A stretch of DNA of 64,000 nucleotides from Candidatus Poribacteria bacterium (lineage in GTDB: Bacteria; Poribacteria; WGA-4E; WGA-3G). Position 1 is the stretch's first letter; every line of letters starts with the position of its first letter. This document shows, in pieces, positions 51,587-61,735 of this stretch. A model generated the notes under the pieces. That model had not been told where the DNA came from, made no database searches, and worked only from the letters and a program-made list of their open reading frames with translations. Both the position numbers and the translations under genes were made by a program. The DNA is taken from NCBI GenBank assembly GCA_965198235.1, contig OZ240248.1:1760001-1824000 (forward strand), read 5' to 3'.

Positions 51587-54500
51587 ATGGATTCACGAAC
51601 CAAACGCTTTGTTATCACTGTTGTCATACTTGCGGTTGTTGGAGGGCTGGGTGCAATCTGGGTTAACCTTTATCCCGACTTCCTATGGTTTAAGGTAGTG
51701 GACTATTTCAGCGTTTACACTAAAATTCTCACAACAAAAATACTCGTCGGTGCAATTGTTGGCGTTTGTTATTTGGCGATCCTTCTAACGAACCTTGCCC
51801 TAATCTATCGATTCACACCCGCGCATCTCAGTCCGGCTTTTATGGGGGGGGCGGATTTCATGGGTGGTGACGCAAACAACCCCGGTGATACGCGAAAACT
51901 AATTTACGGTGGACTCACACTTCTTGCGGTTCTTTTTAGTGTCATGATGGGTTACGCAGCCAGCGATCGGTGGGAGGTCTATCTACGCTACGTCAATGCT
52001 GAGAACCTCGCTTTCCGTGCCGCTGCCCCCATTATTGTAGAAGAAAGCCTCAATTCTGCCGAAATTCCTGTCTCGCAACTGGAACTCCAAGCGAAAAACA
52101 TAAGAGTCGGGGATCAGATAAGCGTCCGAGTAAATGGGGCAGATCAGGACGCGCGGGTTGAAGCTATTTTGGATAACGCCATCCGTTTGAATACGCCTGT
52201 TCAGATAGAACTGGGACAGAAAGCGTTCTTCACGTCTCCTGCACGCGATCCTATCTTTGATAAGGATGTCGCCTACTACGTTTTCAGGATGCCAGCGGAG
52301 CGTTATGTTTGTGGGACGCTTTTCGGTATCTTTATGTTAGTGACGATATTTGCAATCGTCATCTACTTTTTTCACGGGCTAATCACGGGAGATACCAACC
52401 AGTTTCGGTTCCGTCCACCTTTCAACGTGAAAGCACATTTGTTCACTCTTGTAGGTTTGACACTCCTATTCCGAGCATGGAACTACCGCTTTGCTATGTT
52501 TGATCTGCTCTACACAACAAACGATGTTGTCCGTGGTGGTGGTGGATACGCCGCGATGAAGGCACGACTCCCTATTTTGTATTTCTTGATTGGACTTACA
52601 ATTCTGTGTGCCATCATTTTCATCATTAGTATTTTCTTGAGACGCAACACCCTCGCTTTTGGCGGACTTGCCGTATTCCTGATTGCTGGATTCCTCGGAC
52701 AAGTCTATCCTATCGCTATACAAAGATGGCAAGTTGAACCCAGAAAACAGGTTTTAGAAGCAGATTATATCAACTACAACATCAAAGCAACGCTCCAAGC
52801 ATACGGCTTGGCTGAGAACACTGTGACGGAAGAAGAATATCCGCTGATAGAACAACTCAGTTATGATGACATAAGAAGTCCCGAAAACGCTTCTGTTTTC
52901 AATAGCATTCGTCTCTGGGATTGGCGTCCCTTGCGTAGAACTTTCCGACAACTTCAGGAATTGCGGACACAATATGATTTCAGCGATGTTGATATTGATC
53001 GCTATGTCGTTGATGATGAGATTCGACAGGTAATGCTCTCTGGACGGGAACTCAATATCAACGAACTCCCTGTCGAAATCAGAAGCGACTGGTATAAGCA
53101 GACTTATACCTACACGCACGGCTACGGCGCAGTTGTTAGTCCCGTTAACGAAATTGATAACGGCAAACCTAACATGTACATTCAAGGATTGCCCCCGATT
53201 GACTATGACGAGCAGTGGCAACATCGGTTCAGCGAAACACCGGGACCCCGTATCTATTATGGTGAGCGCACAGATCGCTACGTTATCGTACATCCAGAAC
53301 GGAGCCAAGGACTTGAGTTTGACTATCCGCAGGAAGGGCAACAATACGCCGAGTATGCATATCAAGGAAAGGGCGGCGTGCAACTGAACTCTTTCTGGCG
53401 CAAAATGGTATATATGCTTAAGTTCGATAACGAAATTAACTTCGTGCTCCCTGGTGAAATTTCACCGGCAAGCCGTATTCTCTATGAACGAAACATCAAA
53501 AGACGGATCCAAAAAATCGCACCCTTCTTACGGTACGATGGGGACCCTTACATCATTCTCTATAATGGCAGATTGGTTTGGATGATTGATGCCTATACCA
53601 TCACACACCGATATCCTTATTCCGTTTCAATGCAGGAGTTCGTCAGCGAGAGAAGACGACAGATTGCAAATGCACAGCGAGATGGTGAACCGTGGGGAAA
53701 CTACATCCGAAATTCTGTTAAAGTCATCGTTGATGCTTACGATGGCACTGTCGATTTTTACGTTATGGAGCGGGAACAGGATCCAATCGCGGAATGTTAT
53801 CGAAGAATCTTCCCAAATCTTTTCAAGTCGTTTGAGGAGATGCCGGATGAACTCAAGGCGCATATCCGATACCCGACATCCATGTTCCTTATCCAAGCTC
53901 GCGTCTATCAGGATTATCACATGAAAGACCCAGTGACCTTTTACGCAGGGGAAGATAAATGGGAGATCGGCAAGGAACTTTATGACAATACGGATGCCCA
54001 AACACGGCAAACCGCTCCTCCGCAGCCAAGGAGTCCTTTCGCACCGCAGCAGGTCCCCCAAAGTTCCGGTGCAAATGGACAACCCGTTGAACCCTATTAT
54101 GTCATCATCAGACTACCGGGGCAGGAGCAATCGGAATTTATGTTGATGTTGCCGTTCACACCGCTCAACAAACCGAATCTTACTGCATGGCTCGCTGCCC
54201 GATGCGACTTGCCACAATATGGGCAGCTCCTTGTTTACCGATTCCCAAAAGGGAAACAGGTCGCAGGACCGATGCAGGTGGAGAACTTTATTAGCCAAGA
54301 ACCGGAGATTTCACAGCAGATTAGCCTCTGGAATACGCAAGGGTCCCGCGTCTTACGCGGAAATCTGTTGATTCTGCCCATGAACAACTCGCTACTCTAT
54401 GTTGAGCCTATCTATATACAATCCGAAGATGAAAAAACCGCCATTCCCGAATTACGGCGGGTCGTTATCGGATATGGGAACGAAGTCGTATGGGGTGAAA

Positions 54501-54760
54501 GTCTTGAGGAAGCACTCGTCAATATGTTCGGACAGGGAACAGGGGTCCAGACCACCACTGCGACAATGACAACTGACGACATCGGCGCGGCTGATATCGG
54601 GGATATTCAGACCTCGTTGCAAGGGCGCATTGAACAAGCAAACCGTTATTTCAATCTGGGACAGGAGGCACTACGTACGGGTGATTGGACAGAATATGGA
54701 CGGTATCAGCGACTTTTAGAGGAAACTTTACGTCAACTTGAAGGAAATATACGGGAATAG
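51587..54760 (+). CDS. UPF0182 family membrane protein
   Basis: DFLWF, DPIF, IRLWD, DVDIDRY, YTHGYG, NYIRNSVK and LYVEPIY. Confidence 0.93.
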   Translation: MDSRTKRFVITVVILAVVGGLGAIWVNLYPDFLWFKVVDYFSVYTKILTTKILVGAIVGVCYLAILLTNLALIYRFTPAHLSPAFMGGADFMGGDANNPGDTRKLIYGGLTLLAVLFSVMMGYAASDRWEVYLRYVNAENLAFRAAAPIIVEESLNSAEIPVSQLELQAKNIRVGDQISVRVNGADQDARVEAILDNAIRLNTPVQIELGQKAFFTSPARDPIFDKDVAYYVFRMPAERYVCGTLFGIFMLVTIFAIVIYFFHGLITGDTNQFRFRPPFNVKAHLFTLVGLTLLFRAWNYRFAMFDLLYTTNDVVRGGGGYAAMKARLPILYFLIGLTILCAIIFIISIFLRRNTLAFGGLAVFLIAGFLGQVYPIAIQRWQVEPRKQVLEADYINYNIKATLQAYGLAENTVTEEEYPLIEQLSYDDIRSPENASVFNSIRLWDWRPLRRTFRQLQELRTQYDFSDVDIDRYVVDDEIRQVMLSGRELNINELPVEIRSDWYKQTYTYTHGYGAVVSPVNEIDNGKPNMYIQGLPPIDYDEQWQHRFSETPGPRIYYGERTDRYVIVHPERSQGLEFDYPQEGQQYAEYAYQGKGGVQLNSFWRKMVYMLKFDNEINFVLPGEISPASRILYERNIKRRIQKIAPFLRYDGDPYIILYNGRLVWMIDAYTITHRYPYSVSMQEFVSERRRQIANAQRDGEPWGNYIRNSVKVIVDAYDGTVDFYVMEREQDPIAECYRRIFPNLFKSFEEMPDELKAHIRYPTSMFLIQARVYQDYHMKDPVTFYAGEDKWEIGKELYDNTDAQTRQTAPPQPRSPFAPQQVPQSSGANGQPVEPYYVIIRLPGQEQSEFMLMLPFTPLNKPNLTAWLAARCDLPQYGQLLVYRFPKGKQVAGPMQVENFISQEPEISQQISLWNTQGSRVLRGNLLILPMNNSLLYVEPIYIQSEDEKTAIPELRRVVIGYGNEVVWGESLEEALVNMFGQGTGVQTTTATMTTDDIGAADIGDIQTSLQGRIEQANRYFNLGQEALRTGDWTEYGRYQRLLEETLRQLEGNIRE

Positions 54761-54887
54761 CCGTCAGCAATCAGCGGTCAGCAGTCAGCAAGAGGGTATA
54801 ATTTCACCAGAAACCTCTTTACTGATGGCTGATAGCCGTCAGCCGATGGCCATTCCCTGACTGCTACTAAAAAAGGAGGTGAAACAG

Positions 54888-55133
54888 ATGGCTCTTGATT
54901 GGAAACCACGGCACCGGGACATGATTATTGGGGATATCCCATGGTTAGCCAGAATTGGTGATAAAGCCAGTGCAAAACTGCAGGGTATCCTCGGTGAATA
55001 TATCTACCCGTGACCGCAGGATAAGCTGTTCCTGGAGGAACACGAGATAAGTGCTGAGGCGTTCACTGAGATGGTGAAAAATAACCCCTCAGACGAGGAA
55101 ATGATTACCGCTATGAAGAAATTGGATAGTTAG
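54888..55133 (+). CDS. DUF5069-like small selenoprotein (not in ORF track)
   Basis: AAGGAGGT RBS. Sequence MALDWKPRHRDMIIGDIPWLARIGDKASAKLQGILGEYIYP-TGA(55011-55013)-PQDKLFLEEHEISAEAFTEMVKNNPSDEEMITAMKKLDS, 81 aa. Confidence 0.8.
55027..55042 (+). promoter_or_regulatory. Putative bacterial SECIS element
   Basis: TGTTCC-tgga-GGAACA hairpin 13 nt after the TGA. Confidence 0.7.
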
Positions 55134-55215
55134 CTTAATAGCGGTCAGCCGTCAGCGATCAGCAAGAAAACCTCTTTGCTGACGGCTGACCGCCATTAAC
55201 ACGGAGATCTATTTT

Positions 55216-56283
55216 TTGGATTTAACAAAGTACCGGAACCAGATTAACGAGATTGACGACCAAATTTTAGTACTGCTACAGAAACGGGCTGAGATTTCCA
55301 AGCAGGTCGGTGCGGTGAAAGCAGAAACAGGCGTTGCAGAAGTCTATGTTCCGCACCGGCAGAAGCAGATTATTGAACGTTTGAAGGAACGAAATTACGG
55401 CAAGTTCCCTGAAGCCGCACTTGAGGCGATCTGGACCGAGATTTTATCTGCGTCCCGCTCCTTGCAGGATCCGGAGCGGGTAGCCTTCCTCGGGCCGGTT
55501 GGCAGTTTCGGGCACTTGGCGGCTCTATCTCATTTCGGTACGTCAACTGAGTTTATCCCTGTCCGCCCACAGATTGACATTTTTACTGAGGTTGAATCTG
55601 GTAGAGCGGACTACGGTGTGGTGGCTATTGAAAATTCAGCACAAGGTGCTGTTCGTGATGTTTTGGAACGTTTCCAACGTACGCCGTTGTGGATTTGTGC
55701 AGAGACATTCCAACCGATAAAACAGCACCTTTTATCAAAGTCACCGCTCGCGGAAATTCGGTGTGTTTACTCGCATCCGCAACCTTTCGCGCAATGTAAG
55801 ACATGGTTAAGGCGACATCTCAGTGGTGCTGAGCAGATCGAGGTCATCAGTACGTCTGAAGCGGCGGAACGCGCCGCACAAGAGTCATCAGCAGCTGCCA
55901 TTGCAAGTGAACTCGCAAGCGAAATTTATCAGGTTCCAATCGTCGCAAACGCCATTATGGATGACCCTGATAACACAACCCGCTTCTTTGTGATCGGAAA
56001 GCGCGTCCCAGAGCCAAGCGGGCACGATCGGACTTCGCTGTTTTTCGCAATTCCGGACAAGGTTGGGGCACTACACCAAGCCTTGGGTATTTTAGAGCAA
56101 GCGCAATTGAATCTGAGTTATTTAGAATCTTTGCCGTCGCGAGCCAAACCGTGGGAATATATCTTCTTTACTGAGATGGAGGGTCATATTGCCGATGAAC
56201 GCGTCATCGTGGCACTTGAGCAGCTTGAAGAATTGTGTCGGCACGTCAACGTTCTCGGATCCTATCCGCGCGGGTCTTTTTAA
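55216..56283 (+). CDS. pheA: Chorismate mutase/prephenate dehydratase
   Basis: RNQINEIDDQI, AFLGP, IENS, SHPQ, NTTRF and LGSYP. Confidence 0.95.
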   Translation: MDLTKYRNQINEIDDQILVLLQKRAEISKQVGAVKAETGVAEVYVPHRQKQIIERLKERNYGKFPEAALEAIWTEILSASRSLQDPERVAFLGPVGSFGHLAALSHFGTSTEFIPVRPQIDIFTEVESGRADYGVVAIENSAQGAVRDVLERFQRTPLWICAETFQPIKQHLLSKSPLAEIRCVYSHPQPFAQCKTWLRRHLSGAEQIEVISTSEAAERAAQESSAAAIASELASEIYQVPIVANAIMDDPDNTTRFFVIGKRVPEPSGHDRTSLFFAIPDKVGALHQALGILEQAQLNLSYLESLPSRAKPWEYIFFTEMEGHIADERVIVALEQLEELCRHVNVLGSYPRGSF

Positions 56284-56485
56284 CGATGGGCCTCTGAGCT
56301 AAGAAACACCCAAGCAATACGCAGGGAAATCCGCAGAAATGCCCTATCAAAAACCCCTATCAAAAACACCCCTCCACTGCGTTTCGGGCAGGTTTCTGAT
56401 TTATTCAGAGGTCTTCCTTTAAAAACCCCGTAGGGGTGAGATGTCTGTAGAGGAACGAGGACCAGAGTTAATAGTTAAAAAAACG

Positions 56486-57655
56486 ATGCCCAGATTTAAT
56501 AGTCTAAAAAAGCAAATTCATGCGCGCGCAAACGAACTTGGCTTTGAACTCGTCGGAATTATACCCGCAGCCCACAGCGACACAATTGAACGGTACCGAC
56601 AGTGGATAGAAAACGGGTATGCTGGGGAGATGAACTATCTCGAAAAACATCTTCTCCTCAAGACAGATGTCCGCCAACTTCTGGCAGAGGCGAAATCGGT
56701 TATTAGCCTCGCGATGAACTATTATACACTCGACCCGCCGAATCCACTCGCGGAAGATCCCGGACGAGGACAGATTTCTCGCTATGCGTGGGGCGATGAT
56801 TATCACGAACTTATTCGTGAACGACTTTTAGAACTTGTCACTTTTATCAAACAGACCGCCGAAAGCGAATTGCGAACCCGCGTATGTGTTGATACCGCGC
56901 CTATTATTGAAAGGGAGTACGCACAGAGAGCAGGCATCGGGTGGATCGGTAAAAATACAAACTTGATTCATTGGCGTTCCGGTTCTTGGTATTTTCTCGC
57001 GGAGGTACTCGTCAGTGTCGCATTGGAATCTGACACGCCGGAGCTGCGCGGAAGTTGTGGCACTTGCACCCGCTGTATTGAAGCATGTCCGACAGACGCA
57101 ATTATTGAACCGAATCTCCTGGATTCCCGGCTCTGTATCTCTTATCTGACAATCGAGCTAAAGGAGAGCATACCAAAGGCACTTCGCCCCAAGATCGGAA
57201 ACTTAATTTTCGGCTGCGACATCTGCCAAGAGGTCTGTCCGTGGAACAGTAAAGCGGTGCCGACAACCGAACCGGCGTTCCAGCCACGCGACGGAAACTT
57301 CGTCCCGAAGTTACTCTCCCTTGTCGGTATGACGCAGCAGGAATTTAGCCGACGATTCAAGGGGAGTCCAGTCAAACGTGCTAAACGTCGCGGATTCTTG
57401 CGGAATGTCCTCGTTGCCATCGGTAATTGGGGGACGCAGCGTGCTGTCCCGGCACTCAAAGACGCATTAGCCGATGATGAATCTTTAGTTCGGGGTCATG
57501 CCGCTTGGGCATTGGGGAAAATTGGAGGCGAAACCGCCAAACGAGTATTGCAAACGCGACTCACCGTTGAAACTCATCAAGATGTTATCACTGAAATTCA
57601 GGACGCGCTCTTAGAGACAGAGCAATTATCAGGGAGAGACGAAAAAAATGCGTGA
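56486..57655 (+). CDS. queG: tRNA epoxyqueuosine reductase
   Basis: ISRYAWGDDYH, VDTAP, CGTCTRCIEACPT, FGCDICQEVCPWN and a HEAT-like tail. Confidence 0.95.
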   Translation: MPRFNSLKKQIHARANELGFELVGIIPAAHSDTIERYRQWIENGYAGEMNYLEKHLLLKTDVRQLLAEAKSVISLAMNYYTLDPPNPLAEDPGRGQISRYAWGDDYHELIRERLLELVTFIKQTAESELRTRVCVDTAPIIEREYAQRAGIGWIGKNTNLIHWRSGSWYFLAEVLVSVALESDTPELRGSCGTCTRCIEACPTDAIIEPNLLDSRLCISYLTIELKESIPKALRPKIGNLIFGCDICQEVCPWNSKAVPTTEPAFQPRDGNFVPKLLSLVGMTQQEFSRRFKGSPVKRAKRRGFLRNVLVAIGNWGTQRAVPALKDALADDESLVRGHAAWALGKIGGETAKRVLQTRLTVETHQDVITEIQDALLETEQLSGRDEKNA

Positions 57656-58268
57656 AACAACAACTGGACACCAATTTTCAGCACCCGGTGCTGGCACAAA
57701 TGGACTCGCATGGCACGGAACATCACTCTGGAGTGTTGAAGGGGTTGGACCTATCCACAAAATCAATCCTGAAACCGGCGATGTTGAACTAACGCTTACG
57801 CCTTCCTACCCCGGCAGTTCTGGTATAGAATCGGACGGCGAGCATCTCTGGTATAACAGTATATGGCAGCAAACTTTCTACAAACTCACGATTCCGGAAT
57901 TGGAAGTCGTTACAACATTTTCATCGCCTGGGGAAGGACCACACGGGTTGGCATGGGATGGCGAGCATCTCTGGAGTGTTGACATGAACACGGGGCGGTT
58001 CATCAAACAGTGCCCTGAGACTGGCGAAATCCTTGCTGAACTTCAGACACCAGGCGGTCGTGCACATGGACTCGCATGGGACGGCGAGGCACTTTGGAAC
58101 GCCGACACGAATGACCATGTCATTTACCGAATCCATCCGGAATCTGGTGAGATTCTAAATTCCGTTTCATGTCCAAGTGAACCGCATGGACTAACTTGGG
58201 ATGGCACGGCGTTGTGGTACGGTGACGATTCCGCCAAGACCATCTGTAAACTTAGCATATCAGACTAA
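57648..58268 (+). CDS. Five-bladed beta-propeller repeat protein (glutaminyl-cyclase-like)
   Basis: Five GL(A/T)WDG..LW-type repeats. Confidence 0.75.
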   Translation: MRETTTGHQFSAPGAGTNGLAWHGTSLWSVEGVGPIHKINPETGDVELTLTPSYPGSSGIESDGEHLWYNSIWQQTFYKLTIPELEVVTTFSSPGEGPHGLAWDGEHLWSVDMNTGRFIKQCPETGEILAELQTPGGRAHGLAWDGEALWNADTNDHVIYRIHPESGEILNSVSCPSEPHGLTWDGTALWYGDDSAKTICKLSISD

Positions 58269-58362
58269 CGTTGACCGGCAGTCCTGTTCAATAAATGAAC
58301 AGCACGTCGCAAATTCTGTTGACCACAGGTTGAAATCTGTCAATTTCGTGCGAATTTACGGG

Positions 58363-58378
58363 TGGCATACAATTTGCT
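58363..58378 (+). promoter_or_regulatory. Sigma54-like promoter
   Basis: TGGCAT-ACAAT-TTGCT, about 380 nt upstream of the FG-GAP gene. Confidence 0.5.
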
Positions 58379-58759
58379 AACTGTATGCAAGACATCTCCA
58401 GTGGGATGCCTCTGCAAACGCGTCAAACAGGAGACCTTTGCGAACGTACCTGTAATAATGGCACTTACATCATGCCATCCGTAAGTGGGCTTTGGAATCC
58501 CTTGGCATAGGGGATCCTTATACAAACTGATGTTTATGAGATAGGTTCTAATTTTTCAGATTAAAACTCAGATTTTTATGATTTTTCTGAAATTATGCAC
58601 CCTTTTCGTCTACAAATTGTGTCACTAATTAAGTGAAGAAAGGCTCATTACGACAGAATTCAAGGAAAAACGTTACCAATCAAAACAGTTTACCTTAACT
58701 CACACCTGTTTTTGTCAGTTCAGTACATCAGGTAATATTCAATAGCGAGGAGAAGAGAA

Positions 58760-61537
58760 TTGAGAAAATTACAGATAACCATACTCATCTTATTTTTCAG
58801 TATCGGGTCGGTCATGCAAAGCAGTGCCGACCGAGTGCAACTCAACACGAGTGCTGCTGTCCTCCAGGACAATCTCGGTGAGAGTGTTGGTATCAGTGGT
58901 GATTATGCAGTGGTAGGTGTTCCAAATGATGATACCGACTTCGGCAGAGACACGGGCTCGCTTCAGGTCTTTCTGCGCACCGAAACCGGGTGGGTTCAAC
59001 ATCAAAAACTGTTCGCCAGCGATGCCGAGGCGGGAGACCGATTCGGAACGGCACTCGCGATGAGTGGCGATTACGTCGTCGCTGGTGCACCGAGGAACGA
59101 TGGAGCTGGAAGGAACTCAGGTGCCGCTTATGTTTTTAGGCGACAGGGTACTGAATGGGTAGAGCAAGCCAAGCTCGTCGCATCTGACGAAACGCGTAGC
59201 GACTATTTCGGTATCTCGGTAGCGATGGATGGAGATACCGCCCTCGTTGGTGCACACCGTACGAACGAACCTTTGGCAGATTGCGGTACCGTCTACGTTT
59301 TTGAGAGGAACGGAGAGATTTGGAATCAGACAGCCAAACTCTCTGCTCCAGATCCCGACAGTTTCGCATACTTCGGCTTTTCCGTCGGGCTTGATGCAGA
59401 TACCGCCATTGTGGGTGCGACTCGGGACGATGAAGCTGGACATGATGCCGGTGCTGCTTATATTTTCGTCCGAAACCAATTCGGATGGGCACCTCAGGCG
59501 AAACTTATCGGAAACAATACCGAAGCGGAAGATAACTTTGGATACGCAGTCGATGTTGATGGGGATTTTGCCATTGCGACCTCACCTAAAAACAGAGGGA
59601 GTGGTTCTGCTTACATCTATAGGCGCGAAGGGATCGAGTGGAAGCAAAAAAGAAACCGCATTCGTATTCGTATGATTCCGATTGACCCTGATGGCGCGTC
59701 CTCTTTTGGTGTTTCTGTTGACATCCGTGGAGCAACCGCTGTCATTGGTGCAACGGGGGGCAATGTTGGTGAAGCGGTCGTCGGTGCCGCTTATGTCTTT
59801 ACGCAAAATGAGCCTCCATTTTGGAACCAACACACAAAGTTGGTCGCAGGCGATAGAGAAGGCGGTGACCAGCTCGGATTCGCTGTCGCGATCGGTGAAA
59901 ACGAAGTGATCGCCGGGGCACCAAAGCATAACGCGGGGGGATTATCCTCGGGTGCCGCTTATATCTTTGAACAACGGGAAGATGGCTCCTGGGTAGAGAG
60001 TGGCAAGTTGAGTGATGGCGAAACCGCTTCAGAGGATCAGTTCGGCGTATCTGTTGCTATAAGCGGCAACTTCGCTATCTCCGGCGCACAACAAGATGAT
60101 GACATCGCACCTAACGCGGGTGCTGCCTACATCTTTGAGCGTAGTGGGCTCCTCTGGCTGCAGCGCACGAAACTCACCGCTGACGACGCAAAGGCTGGGG
60201 ATCTGTTTGGGAATGCCATTGCAATGGATGACGAAACGGTCCTTGTTGGTGCCCCCGGCGTTGATGATGCAGGACCAGAATCCGGCGCAGCTTATGTTTT
60301 CGTACAGGTCGGCGACGAATGGATTCAACAGGCGAGATTCATCGGAGACGACATCGGAATCTTTGATCGGTTCGGATCAGCCGTTGCAGTACATGAAAAT
60401 ACTGCTATCATCGGTGCACACGGGAAAGACGAAATCGGCACGGATTCCGGTGCTGCTTATGTCTTTGTCCGAAACGGTGCTTCTTGGACACAACAGGCGA
60501 AACTGACGCACCAAGGGGCTGTACCGGGGGACCTGTTCGGCTTTGCTGTTTCTGTCTATGGCGATAACGCCGTTGTCGGTGCCCATCAGAGCGACGCGGC
60601 AGGACCTGATTCAGGCGCGGCCTATTTCTTTACACGCAATGGAGGCAGATGGACACAAGACATTCTGCTTGTTCCAAATGATATTAGCATCGGTGACGCA
60701 TTCGGTTACGCTGTCAATCTAACCAAGGGTGCCGCTATCATTGGTGCACCTAAAGAAGATCGACATCTTGATAACGTAGGAGCCGCTTATGTTTTTGTGG
60801 AGACCCGAAACGCTTGGGTACAACAGGCGAAGTTAGGGGCAAGCGATGCCGACACCGGAGATGAATTCGGTTCAGCAGTCGCAATCTATGAAGATACTGT
60901 GATCGTCGGGGCGTGGAAAGATAATCACGCCTTAGTTGACCCCCATGAAAATCCGGCACTGCAACTCGACAAAGGTTCAGCTTACTCCTTTCTGCGTGAC
61001 GGGCTATCTTGGGTAGAGAAAAGGCGGATCGAGGCCGCCTACACGAGACAGGCGGACCTATTCGGGGCATCTGTTGCAATCAAAGGCGCGTTTGCTATCG
61101 TCGGTGCCTCAGGTAGCGACAATGCCGGGGATAACTCAGGATCCGCGTTTATCTTTAACCCAATTGATCTCGGGTTCCGCTCTGCGGATATCCCTTTCTC
61201 TGTGGATCCGGCATCGCATGCACTCTCGACGCTCGGATATATTAAACAGACGACGATTCTCCAGAATTATCCGAATCCCTTTAACCCAGAAACATGGTTC
61301 CCTTACGATCTGGCAGAGAAGGCAGAAGTCATCTTGAAAATTTACGATGTCCGTGGGGCACTTGTACGTCAATTGAATATTGGGCAACAGGAACCGGGCA
61401 GTTATCGGAGCCAAGAAAAAGCCGCGTACTGGGATGGAAAAGACCAATATGGAACGAAGGTCGCAAGCGGTATGTATTTCTACACGTTTTCTGCTGGCGA
61501 TTTCCAACGCACCCGTCGAATGGTAATTCTGAAATAG
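58760..61537 (+). CDS. Secreted FG-GAP repeat protein with C-terminal FlgD-like sorting domain
   Basis: Signal peptide, about 14 FG..V..GA...GAAY(V/I)F repeats, and LQNYPNPFNPETW...WDG...SGMYFY tail. Confidence 0.92.
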   Translation: MRKLQITILILFFSIGSVMQSSADRVQLNTSAAVLQDNLGESVGISGDYAVVGVPNDDTDFGRDTGSLQVFLRTETGWVQHQKLFASDAEAGDRFGTALAMSGDYVVAGAPRNDGAGRNSGAAYVFRRQGTEWVEQAKLVASDETRSDYFGISVAMDGDTALVGAHRTNEPLADCGTVYVFERNGEIWNQTAKLSAPDPDSFAYFGFSVGLDADTAIVGATRDDEAGHDAGAAYIFVRNQFGWAPQAKLIGNNTEAEDNFGYAVDVDGDFAIATSPKNRGSGSAYIYRREGIEWKQKRNRIRIRMIPIDPDGASSFGVSVDIRGATAVIGATGGNVGEAVVGAAYVFTQNEPPFWNQHTKLVAGDREGGDQLGFAVAIGENEVIAGAPKHNAGGLSSGAAYIFEQREDGSWVESGKLSDGETASEDQFGVSVAISGNFAISGAQQDDDIAPNAGAAYIFERSGLLWLQRTKLTADDAKAGDLFGNAIAMDDETVLVGAPGVDDAGPESGAAYVFVQVGDEWIQQARFIGDDIGIFDRFGSAVAVHENTAIIGAHGKDEIGTDSGAAYVFVRNGASWTQQAKLTHQGAVPGDLFGFAVSVYGDNAVVGAHQSDAAGPDSGAAYFFTRNGGRWTQDILLVPNDISIGDAFGYAVNLTKGAAIIGAPKEDRHLDNVGAAYVFVETRNAWVQQAKLGASDADTGDEFGSAVAIYEDTVIVGAWKDNHALVDPHENPALQLDKGSAYSFLRDGLSWVEKRRIEAAYTRQADLFGASVAIKGAFAIVGASGSDNAGDNSGSAFIFNPIDLGFRSADIPFSVDPASHALSTLGYIKQTTILQNYPNPFNPETWFPYDLAEKAEVILKIYDVRGALVRQLNIGQQEPGSYRSQEKAAYWDGKDQYGTKVASGMYFYTFSAGDFQRTRRMVILK

Positions 61538-61735
61538 CATTTCCTTTTTTAAACAATTGGCCTTCGCGCTGCCCTCCATTACATTTCGGGCAGGTTCTTG
61601 ACTTATTTCAACGTGGACTGAACTATGGGAGGAGTTTCTAACTCCGATTGCTTTCAAATAAATCAGAAACCATCGTGAAACGAAGCGGAACGATGCGCGA
61701 TGGGCCATAGCTTAAAATGTGGAGACAAGCACTAT

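Noticed and set aside
6874-55133. Genome-wide UGA recoding to Trp or Gly (code 4 or 25)
   Set aside because: TGA ends ordinary genes at expected lengths (hicA 33454, ATGA overlaps at 17321 and 18575). The three read-through TGAs sit at Cys/Sec positions with downstream hairpins.
61626-61670. PreQ1 riboswitch upstream of queF
   Set aside because: GGAG-TTTCTAA-CTCC with downstream AGAAAC could form a pseudoknot, but it resembles the GTAGGAGG..AACTCCGATT repeat family and lacks a clear preQ1 consensus. An Rfam scan would settle it.
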